Shown here piece after piece: positions 8,534 to 16,149 of a DNA stretch of 64,000 nt. The notes under the pieces were generated by a model, which worked only from the letters and a program-made list of their open reading frames with translations, searched no databases and was not told the origin of the DNA. Position numbers and translations under genes: made by a program. Position 1 is the first letter of the stretch, and every line of letters starts with the position of its first letter. The stretch is from an uncultured Candidatus Saccharibacteria bacterium (GTDB taxonomy: Bacteria; Patescibacteriota; UBA1384; JACPKC01): the NCBI GenBank assembly GCA_964423885.1, contig CAYRGD010000001.1, forward strand, positions 89,653 through 153,652. The letters are read 5' to 3'.

Positions 8534-9451
8534 CTATGCCGTTGCCTTCCGGCTGCGCCGTTCGGACCACCCTTGCCAAACAATCAGCAGTTGCGAGGCT
8601 AAGAAGACCGAGCTGTATGCCCCCACCACGACGCCGACCAGCAATGCCACGATAAACGGCCGGATCGATGCCCCGCCGAGCGTCACGAGCGACGTGAGCA
8701 CTAGCGCGAGCGTCACCGACGTATTGAGCGACCGCACGAGCGTCTGATTGATCGAGCTCACCACGACGTCCTCGAAGCTCATGCCGGCCGCGTGATGCAG
8801 GAGGTTCTCGCGGATCCGGTCGTAGGTCACGATCGTGTCGTGGACCGAGAAGCCCATCACAGTGAGGAGCGCAGTGATAAAGAGCGAGTCGACTTCGAAG
8901 CCGTACAGATGGCCGAAGAGCGAAAAGGCGCCGATGGTAAGCAGCAGGTCGTGGAGCAGGGCGACCGCAGCCGTGATGCCGAACTGCCAGGAATTAGCCG
9001 GTTTGGGTACCTGTCGGAACGCCCACGCGATGTAGAGAATGATCGCGAGCGAGGCCAGCGCGACGGCGAGCACGGCTTTGTTGGTCAGGTCTTTGCCCAC
9101 GGTAGGCCCGACGCTCTCGAAGCGGACCTGCTCCCACTCCCCTACCTGGTCAAGCTGCGTTCTCAATGCGGTCAGCTGGTCGGTGCTGGCGGTCGTGCGG
9201 ATAAGGACCGCGTTGTCCCCGCTTTCAGCGACCGAGCTCGGCGGTAGCGTGTCGTCGCCGGCGAGGCCCTCGCGGACCTGCTCGACCGTGACCGGCTCCT
9301 TGAACCGTGCCTCAATGAGCTGGCCGCCCTTGAAGTCGATTCCGACGCGCAGGCCCCAGGTCGCGATCGCGATGACGCTTAGGATGCTTAAAACCGACGA
9401 CAGGCCGAACCAGACGCTGCGGCGGTGGATGAACGGACGGCGCGTGGTCAT
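8534..9451 (-). CDS. secF: protein translocase subunit SecF
   Basis: MTTRRPFIHRRSVWFGLSSVLSILSVIAIATWGLRVGIDFKGGQLIEARF... with a multi-TM C-terminal half. Overlaps secD by 4 nt. Confidence 0.85.
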   Translation of the reverse strand: MTTRRPFIHRRSVWFGLSSVLSILSVIAIATWGLRVGIDFKGGQLIEARFKEPVTVEQVREGLAGDDTLPPSSVAESGDNAVLIRTTASTDQLTALRTQLDQVGEWEQVRFESVGPTVGKDLTNKAVLAVALASLAIILYIAWAFRQVPKPANSWQFGITAAVALLHDLLLTIGAFSLFGHLYGFEVDSLFITALLTVMGFSVHDTIVTYDRIRENLLHHAAGMSFEDVVVSSINQTLVRSLNTSVTLALVLTSLVTLGGASIRPFIVALLVGVVVGAYSSVFLASQLLIVWQGWSERRSRKATA

Positions 9452-10731
9452 GCATGCTCCTTGGCTGCGGCCGGACGGAGGACGAGCCGCAGGAACGTCC
9501 GGGTTACGGTAATGGCAGTGAACATCGATACCGCGATACCGATCGCGAGCGTGACCGCGAAGCCGCGGACCAGTCCGGTGGCGGTGTAGTATAAGATGCC
9601 TGCGGTCAGGAGCGACGACATGTTCGAGTCGAAGATACTCGACCAGGCGCGCTTGAACCCTTGGTCAATCGCGAGATTGAGCGGTTTGCCTGCCGCCAGC
9701 TCCTCTTTCATGCGCTCGAAGATAAGGATATTGGCGTCGACCGCCATCCCGATCGACAGGATAAACCCGGCCAGGCCAGCCAGCGTGAGCGTCACCGGAA
9801 CGAGCTCGAATACGGCCAGGCTCAAGAGCGAATAGATCGCAAGCGCCACGGTGGCCAGAAATCCGGGTAGCCGGTAGTACGCCACCATAAAGAGCCCGAC
9901 CAGCACAAGACCGACCATCCCGGCGAACAGGCTCGCCTCGACCGACGCAGTGCCGAGCGTGGCTCCGATCGTCCGTTCCTCTTCGAGGTGGATCGGTACC
10001 GGCAACGCACCGGCATTGAGTTCGATCGCCAGCTGTTTGGCCTCGGCAAGCGCGAACTGCCCGGTGATCACGGCCGAGCCGTCGGTAATGGGTGACTGGA
10101 CGGTCGGTGCCGAGATCGGCTGGTCGTCGAGGACGATCGCGATCTGCCGCCCCAAGTACTGTTCGGTGAGCGCCTTGAACTTCTCGCGGCCGGCGTCGTT
10201 GAAGGTCAGGTCGACCTGCGGTGCGGCGGTGATAGCGGCTTGCTGCGAGCCGGCATTCTGGAAGCTGACGCTCGCCCGCTTGAGGTCGGCGCCGGTGAGG
10301 TCGCTCGGTACGAAGCCGGGCAGGAGCGGGTTCGGCGCTGACTCCCCTTCCCCGGCCGGCCGCCAGAACTCCAGGCGCGCGGTTTCGCCGATCAACGACT
10401 TGGCTTGGTCGACGTCTTTGACGCCCGGCAGCTCGACAATCACGGATTCGGTGTCACCGACGCGGCTTGCTTGGATGACCGGCTCGGAGACGCCGAGGCC
10501 GTTGATCCGCTGTTCGAGCACACGCCGGACGCCTTCGACCGAGTCTCCCCTATCCTTGGCGTCGATACCCGTGAGGTCGAGCGAGTAGACAAGCTGCGTC
10601 CCGCCCTGCAGGTCGAGGCCGGGGTGGACGCGGACGTTCTTGAAGAACCAGACGTCGTGCGGCCAGACGGCCATGCCTGCCAGTACGGTCAGGAGTACGA
10701 TACCACCGAACATCAGCCAGGGTCGTTTCAT
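9448..10731 (-). CDS. secD: protein translocase subunit SecD
   Basis: MKRPWLMFGGIVLLTVLAGMAVW...GLDLQGGTQLVYSLD... with a periplasmic domain and a C-terminal 6-TM bundle. Directly upstream of secF. Confidence 0.85.
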   Translation of the reverse strand: MKRPWLMFGGIVLLTVLAGMAVWPHDVWFFKNVRVHPGLDLQGGTQLVYSLDLTGIDAKDRGDSVEGVRRVLEQRINGLGVSEPVIQASRVGDTESVIVELPGVKDVDQAKSLIGETARLEFWRPAGEGESAPNPLLPGFVPSDLTGADLKRASVSFQNAGSQQAAITAAPQVDLTFNDAGREKFKALTEQYLGRQIAIVLDDQPISAPTVQSPITDGSAVITGQFALAEAKQLAIELNAGALPVPIHLEEERTIGATLGTASVEASLFAGMVGLVLVGLFMVAYYRLPGFLATVALAIYSLLSLAVFELVPVTLTLAGLAGFILSIGMAVDANILIFERMKEELAAGKPLNLAIDQGFKRAWSSIFDSNMSSLLTAGILYYTATGLVRGFAVTLAIGIAVSMFTAITVTRTFLRLVLRPAAAKEHA

Positions 10732-10744
10732 GCGGTCTCCAGCT

Positions 10745-11827
10745 CTACAGATGCCGATGTAGATCGTGTTGTTTCAATAGGTCGACGATACGCTTCACGT
10801 CCTGGGCGCGATCCATCGTGGTCACAAGGAGCGCGTCCGGTGTATCCACTACTACCATATCCGTAAGGCCGATGGTAGCCACCAGTTTGCCCTCGGGCGC
10901 GTAAATGAGGCTGCGGGCGGTATCGACGCCGTGCCAGTCGGCTTTCACCAGGTTGCCGTGCTCGTCCGCCTTGTCGCCGAGCTCGTCGTGCAGGGCGCTC
11001 CAGCTGCCCAGGTCGGCCCAGCCGAAGTCGCCACGGATCGTCCGGACGTCGGCCGGATCGAGTTTTTCGATAAGCGCATAGTCGATCGAGGTCGCTTCCA
11101 TCTTGCCGTACGCGGCGGCCAGCGCCTCGCGGCCGTTCGTGCGGACCGCCTCAGTCAGTTCGTCGAGATGGTCGCCGATCCCAGGGGCGTACCGTCTGTA
11201 CGCGGCCGTGAGCTTAGCCGGCGTCCAGGCGAAGTAGCCGGCGTTCCAGAGGTAGCCGCCGTCGTCCAGGAACTGCTGCGCGGTTTCCTTGTCCGGTTTT
11301 TCCTTCTGGCCGCCGAACGCGTAGACCGCAATGCCGTCCCGTTCCTCGAGCCGCTCCCCGATCTTCAGGTACCCCAGGCTCGTGTTGGCGACGTTCGGCG
11401 TGATGCCGATGTTGACCAGCGTCCCCTGTTCGGCCACCACGGCCTCGGCCGTAGTCAGTACTTGGCGGAACAGCGCGGCGTCGCGGATGTGATGGTCGCT
11501 GGCCATGAGCACCATCGGTTCGTCCGGAGCCACGAGCGACAACCAGGCGGCGGCCAGCGCCATCGCCGGGCCGTTGTCGCGCTTCGCGGGTTCGACGATG
11601 TAGTGGTCATCGGGCAATGCGGGCAGTAGCTCGCGGATAAGCGGCGCGAACGCCTCGTTGGTTGAGACGTAGATGTTCCCCCACCCCGCGATCCCTTCGA
11701 GCCGTTTGACCGTATCCTCGATCATCGTGACCTCGGTCACGAGCCTGGCAAGCTGTTTGGGTTGGGCCGTGCGACTCATCGGCCAGAGCCGCGTCCCCGA
11801 CCCGCCGGCGAGAATGACGTAGTTCAT
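10745..11827 (-). CDS. manC: mannose-1-phosphate guanylyltransferase (GDP-mannose pyrophosphorylase)
   Basis: MNYVILAGGSGTRLWPMSRTAQPKQL is an N-terminal nucleotidyltransferase motif. Length ~360 aa. Start re-derived (ATG at 11827). Confidence 0.8.
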   Translation of the reverse strand: MNYVILAGGSGTRLWPMSRTAQPKQLARLVTEVTMIEDTVKRLEGIAGWGNIYVSTNEAFAPLIRELLPALPDDHYIVEPAKRDNGPAMALAAAWLSLVAPDEPMVLMASDHHIRDAALFRQVLTTAEAVVAEQGTLVNIGITPNVANTSLGYLKIGERLEERDGIAVYAFGGQKEKPDKETAQQFLDDGGYLWNAGYFAWTPAKLTAAYRRYAPGIGDHLDELTEAVRTNGREALAAAYGKMEATSIDYALIEKLDPADVRTIRGDFGWADLGSWSALHDELGDKADEHGNLVKADWHGVDTARSLIYAPEGKLVATIGLTDMVVVDTPDALLVTTMDRAQDVKRIVDLLKQHDLHRHL

Positions 11828-11909
11828 ACGGCTACCGTACCAAAACCCCCTACCCATGTGCTACGGTCGGAGAAGAGATCGATTCTTTTCCAAGGAGGAA
11901 CGAGTACCT

Positions 11910-12470
11910 GTGCCGATGTATTTCCAGATTTATGCCTGTGGCACCATGATCGGGTGGACGCCCGAGGAATACACGTCGTGGCGCGAACAGGCCTACCGCC
12001 TGTTCAAGGCCTATTCGACCGACGACTACGTTTTTCATCTACTCATGCCGGCCCGCGGCGAGAAACACCTCAAGGGGAAAAAGCTCGCCGCCCATATCGA
12101 ACCCCACGAGATCGGCCTGACGCCGCTCAACAACGACCATGCGGTCTTCTTCCGCGACCAGTGGGACGTGCGGCGGGCCGATTTGGTGATCTGCAACCTG
12201 TCGGGCGCGACGCTCAACGAGCCCTCGACCGGTTCCAAAATGGAGATGGCGTGGGCGTTCCAGCTGCAGAAACCGGTGATCCTGGTGATCGAGGCGGACC
12301 GGAGCAATCCGCACGAGCACTTATTTGTGAGCAACGCGTCGATCGCCCGGGTTCCGAGTGTCGAAGAAGCGGTCAGGCTGGCGGTCGAGCTGCTGGTACC
12401 CAGCGAGTGGGAGCTCGACGGCGTCGTTGCGGCGTTCGAGCGCCGGAGAGAAGTCCTTGCACTGAAATAA
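11910..12470 (+). CDS. nucleoside 2-deoxyribosyltransferase-like family protein (hypothetical)
   Basis: 186 aa. SD AGGAGG upstream. Weak resemblance to nucleoside deoxyribosyltransferase/YtoQ-type Rossmann proteins (ADLVICNLSG...EPSTGSKMEMAWAF). Assignment tentative. Confidence 0.45.
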   Translation: MPMYFQIYACGTMIGWTPEEYTSWREQAYRLFKAYSTDDYVFHLLMPARGEKHLKGKKLAAHIEPHEIGLTPLNNDHAVFFRDQWDVRRADLVICNLSGATLNEPSTGSKMEMAWAFQLQKPVILVIEADRSNPHEHLFVSNASIARVPSVEEAVRLAVELLVPSEWELDGVVAAFERRREVLALK

Positions 12471-12477
12471 AAAATGG

Positions 12478-12506
12478 CGGACCGGATGGTCCGCCTTTTT
12501 CTTGTC
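12478..12506. terminator. bidirectional rho-independent terminator (GGCGGACCGG-atg-GTCCGCC flanked by A-run and T-run)
   Basis: Hairpin with a T-tract on the plus strand and an A-tract upstream. Sits between convergent genes. Confidence 0.6.
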
Positions 12507-12519
12507 CGTTTCTTTTTGG

Positions 12520-13101
12520 TCACAACCCGGTCGAGCCGAGGCCGCCGGCGCCGCGTACGGTGCGGCTCAAGAGCGCGTAGTGCGGCACGTCGGTAAGTTC
12601 GGGGATCTCGGCCCGTAGGAATACGAGCTGCGCGATCCGCATGTCTTTCTCGATATAGAACACCTCGTGGCCCAGATTATGGATCACGGCGGCCGCCTCG
12701 CCCCGGTAATCGGGATCCAAGGTGCCGGGCGCGTTCGTGACGGTGATGTGGCATTTGGACGCCAGGCCGCTGCGTGGACGGAGGTCGGCGAAGAACGGGA
12801 ACGGCAGCTCAAGGACGCAGCCGATACCGATCACGACCTTCTCGCCGGCGAACAGCATGTACCGGGGTACGCTGTCCATCCGGACGTTGCGGCGGAGCCT
12901 GACGTCGTCCGGCCAATGGGAAAAATCGAAGATCGTTTTCCGCAGGTGCGGCTGATCCTCATTCATCGAGTGGGGGCAGACGACGGCCCTTGCGTAGGCG
13001 TCGAAGCCCACGGCGCCGTCGGTTTGGCGCGCTGGTTTCTTGCCTCCCGGCAACGTGAATATCCGAACGGCATCGAGCCGGACTGCGTGCGCAGTGTCCA
13101 T
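12520..13101 (-). CDS. dcd: dCTP deaminase (dUTPase superfamily)
   Basis: 193 aa, the same length as E. coli Dcd. dUTPase-fold motifs (RSGLAS, GTLDPDYRGE). Confidence 0.65.
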   Translation of the reverse strand: MDTAHAVRLDAVRIFTLPGGKKPARQTDGAVGFDAYARAVVCPHSMNEDQPHLRKTIFDFSHWPDDVRLRRNVRMDSVPRYMLFAGEKVVIGIGCVLELPFPFFADLRPRSGLASKCHITVTNAPGTLDPDYRGEAAAVIHNLGHEVFYIEKDMRIAQLVFLRAEIPELTDVPHYALLSRTVRGAGGLGSTGL

Positions 13102-13136
13102 GTGAACGGTTCCTCCTTATTAACGTGGAGGGATTG

Positions 13137-13712
13137 TTACACGAACAACGCGGATCGCTCAATGATCCGGGCCACCTCGTCCACGGCCTGGTCGAGCTTA
13201 CCCTCGTGGTTGTGCACCACGTGGCGGTAGTGCCCCATCTCGGCCATTTCTTCGTTCGCGGTCGCGAGCCGCCGGGCGATCTCGTCTTCGCTCGCCTCGG
13301 GGCGGGTGCGGCGGATGCGGGCGGGCAGTTCGGCCAACGAGTCGTAGGCGATGAAAATCGCCAGCACGCCGGGGAATTCCCGTTCGTACGCCCGGACGCC
13401 CTTCACGTCGATGGCGTTGCTCGGGAACGGGTACTTGCCTCGTTCAAGGATCGCCTCGATCCGGCTGCGTTCGGTGCCGTAGAGGTTCCCGTGGACCGCA
13501 GTCCATTCCAGGAATGCGCCGTCGGCGATCATCCGCTCGAACTCGTCGCGCGAGACGAAGTGGTACCGCGTGTCGTGCGCGTCGCGCGGCGGCCGCGTGG
13601 TCGTGGTTTGGAACCGTTCGAGCTGCGGGTAGCGCTTGGCGATCTCGCCGATAATCGTGCTCTTGCCGACGCCGCTCGGGCCGACGATAAGGATGGGAAC
13701 CGGTGCCGTCAT
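13137..13712 (-). CDS. gmk: guanylate kinase
   Basis: MTAPVPILIVGPSGVGKSTIIGEIAKRYP...TTTRPPR...HYHFVSRDEF. Start re-derived; the ORF track extends it spuriously upstream. Confidence 0.85.
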   Translation of the reverse strand: MTAPVPILIVGPSGVGKSTIIGEIAKRYPQLERFQTTTTRPPRDAHDTRYHFVSRDEFERMIADGAFLEWTAVHGNLYGTERSRIEAILERGKYPFPSNAIDVKGVRAYEREFPGVLAIFIAYDSLAELPARIRRTRPEASEDEIARRLATANEEMAEMGHYRHVVHNHEGKLDQAVDEVARIIERSALFV

Positions 13713-14956
13713 GATTGCGCGTACTGTACCAGATAGACGAGCCCGGCCTTGTCGTCGGCGACAAACATGGTGCCATTGGGGCGTAGCAGGATCCCGGCCG
13801 GGCGGCCGTAGGCCTGGGTGCCGTTGCCGAGCCAGCCGCTGATGAACGGATGTTCGGCTACCAGGCGGTTGTCGGCGTCGAGCTCGAGCCGCACCAGTTT
13901 GTACCCGGTCGGTTCCGAGCGGTTCCACGAGCCGTGGTAGGCCACAATGAGGTCGTGCGCCCAGCCGTCGGGCCAGCCGGCAGCGGGCACGAAGCCGATC
14001 CCGAGCGGTGCCGAGTGGGCTTGCAGCTCGATGAGCGGCGGCTGTCTGGTTGCGCACGACTCGCTGCCGCTCACCTTGGTGTCCCGGATACTCTGTCCGT
14101 AGCAGAACGGCCAGCCGTAGTTCCGGCCGTCTTCGAGGATATTGATCTCGTCGGGCGGCAGGTTGTCGCCCAAGTTGTCGCGTCCCATGTCAGCGCCCCA
14201 GATGCTGCCCGTGAGCGGGTCGGCGGTCATGAAGACCGTGTTGCGCAGGCCCGAGGCAAAGAGCCGGGCGTTGCTGCCGTCGAGGTCGGCGATCGTGATG
14301 GCGGCCCGGCGGTCGTCGGATTCGCGGCAGGCGTTGCAGGTGGATCCCGTAGCGATGAGTATCTTGGTGCCGCCGGGCGTGCCGATGAGCTGCAGGCTAC
14401 GGGTGGTGTGTTCCCCGCCTGCGGGCAAGGCCATAAGCGTCGTCTTGTCCGACACGGTCCGCGCCGCGGGATCGTAGGCGTAGCGCAAGAGCGCGTTCGT
14501 TTCGGCCACGTAGAGCGTGCAGCTGTCGGTACAGCGGAGCGCCAGGCCGTGCGGCGCGTTCAGGCGGCTCGCGAGCGTTCTAGGGGCGTCGGCGGTGCCG
14601 TCGTGGTCGTCGTCGGGCAACGCGAGCACCGTGCCGGCTTTGGGATCGCTCACGATGAGCGTACCGGTCGGATCCTCGACCAGGACGCGCGGCGCAGTCA
14701 GGCCGCGGGCGAAGACCGAGATCGAAAAGCCGTCCGGCAGTGTCAATGGGATGCCGGTGGTATTGACGGCCGGTGCGGGCGTCGGCGTCTCATCGGTTTC
14801 TTCTACAGGAAGGGATGCGGCCGGCTCGGCCGTATCCGCGGGCGGTAAGATCGCCGGGGCGGCGCCGCGGAACCGGTAGAGCAGCATGGCCGACAACCCG
14901 ACGACAGCCAGGGCGGCAAGGACGATGCTTCGGCGGATAAACCAGCGGCGGGCCAT
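13709..14956 (-). CDS. PQQ-dependent soluble sugar (sorbosone/glucose) dehydrogenase family beta-propeller protein, secreted
   Basis: Signal peptide MARRWFIRRSIVLAALAVVGL. GLRNTVFMTADPLTGSIWGADMGRDNLGDNLPPDEINILEDGRNYGWPFCYG matches the SGDH/YliI family. Stop overlaps the gmk start. Confidence 0.75.
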   Translation of the reverse strand: MARRWFIRRSIVLAALAVVGLSAMLLYRFRGAAPAILPPADTAEPAASLPVEETDETPTPAPAVNTTGIPLTLPDGFSISVFARGLTAPRVLVEDPTGTLIVSDPKAGTVLALPDDDHDGTADAPRTLASRLNAPHGLALRCTDSCTLYVAETNALLRYAYDPAARTVSDKTTLMALPAGGEHTTRSLQLIGTPGGTKILIATGSTCNACRESDDRRAAITIADLDGSNARLFASGLRNTVFMTADPLTGSIWGADMGRDNLGDNLPPDEINILEDGRNYGWPFCYGQSIRDTKVSGSESCATRQPPLIELQAHSAPLGIGFVPAAGWPDGWAHDLIVAYHGSWNRSEPTGYKLVRLELDADNRLVAEHPFISGWLGNGTQAYGRPAGILLRPNGTMFVADDKAGLVYLVQYAQS

Positions 14957-14960
14957 ACGC

Positions 14961-15707
14961 CTATTGTCCCAGCTTGCCGAGCACCGCGGCAAGGTCGGGA
15001 GCGATCGGGCTCGACAGCCGGATCCGTTCGCCGGAATCCGGATCGTCGAACGCAAGTGCCACCGCATGCAGGAACTGCCGGTGCAGCCCGAGCGCATCGG
15101 ACGCGGCCCGGCTCGCCTTGGTGGCGTACGTTTGGTCGCCCACGATCGGCCAGCCGGCGTCGAGCAGCTGGACGCGGAGCTGGTGCGTGCGCCCGGTTTT
15201 GGGTTCGAGCTCCACCAGCGTGTATTGGGTACCGTCCGCGTCGTGCAGCTGCGAAACCGGCCGGTAGCCGGTTTCGGCCGGTTTCGCCGGGTGTTTGTCC
15301 CACGACAGCTGCAGCCGCTTCACGCGGTGTTCGGTATCCGTTCCTGACCGGCCGATGTTCCCAATGAACTGTCCTGGCTCACGGACCGTTCCCAGTACCA
15401 GCGCCTGGTAGGTTTTCTGTGTCGTCCGCGCCCGGAACTGGTCTTGTAACGCCTGGAGTGCCGCGGGCGTTTTCGCAACCAGCATCACGCCCGATGTATC
15501 AGCGTCGAGCCGGTGGACGATGCCGGGCCGCGGGTCGTCGGGCGGAAAGTTGCTCACGACCGCGGGCACGTACCCGCGCAGCCAGTCCGCGAGCGTCGTG
15601 CCGGCGTGCTTCTCGCCCGGCACGTCGTGCACCACCAAGCCGGGCGGCTTGTCGAGCGCCACCCAGCCACTGGCTTCTTGGAGTACTGTCGGCTCGCCTG
15701 CCACTAC
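14961..15707 (-). CDS. RluA-family pseudouridine synthase
   Basis: GWVALDKPPGLVVH and HRLDADTSGVMLVAKT catalytic motifs. The start is uncertain (GTG near 15707), because the longer ORF would overlap the VOC gene. Confidence 0.65.
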   Translation of the reverse strand, partial: VVAGEPTVLQEASGWVALDKPPGLVVHDVPGEKHAGTTLADWLRGYVPAVVSNFPPDDPRPGIVHRLDADTSGVMLVAKTPAALQALQDQFRARTTQKTYQALVLGTVREPGQFIGNIGRSGTDTEHRVKRLQLSWDKHPAKPAETGYRPVSQLHDADGTQYTLVELEPKTGRTHQLRVQLLDAGWPIVGDQTYATKASRAASDALGLHRQFLHAVALAFDDPDSGERIRLSSPIAPDLAAVLGKLGQ

Positions 15708-16084
15708 TTGGTCTGCCAGAGCCCCATCACGTTGCCCTGGTTGTCTTCGAAGTACCCCGTCCAGCCCATGTCGCCGATCGGCTCCTTGCCTTTGATCGTC
15801 TTGCCGCCCGCCGCCTCGATCTTTTGGAGTGCCGCGTCGATATCGTCGACCGAGATCGTCAGGATCGGATGCTGCAGCTGCGGGTTCCGCGGCATGATCC
15901 CGCCGTTGATCCCGCCGCCAGGGTTTTTGAGCCGCTGCGTTTCCTTGTCCATCTCCGCCGTTTCGGCCATCCAGTACTGCTGGTCTTCCCACTGGCTGAT
16001 ATTCCAGCCGAACACGTCACCGTAGAACGTTTTCGCCGTCGCGGCGTCATTCACCGGGAGCTCGAAGTGGACTATGCTGTTCAT
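15704..16084 (-). CDS. VOC/glyoxalase-family protein
   Basis: 126 aa: MNSIVHFELPVNDAATAKTFYGDVFGW...GGIMP...GDMGWTGYFEDNQGNVMGLWQ, a typical glyoxalase/bleomycin-resistance fold. Confidence 0.75.
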   Translation of the reverse strand: MNSIVHFELPVNDAATAKTFYGDVFGWNISQWEDQQYWMAETAEMDKETQRLKNPGGGINGGIMPRNPQLQHPILTISVDDIDAALQKIEAAGGKTIKGKEPIGDMGWTGYFEDNQGNVMGLWQTK

Positions 16085-16149
16085 GCGGATCCTTTCCGCT
16101 ACGTTGTTTCCCCTATCATTCCAGGTTCGGGGTGCGGACTCAAGCGGCG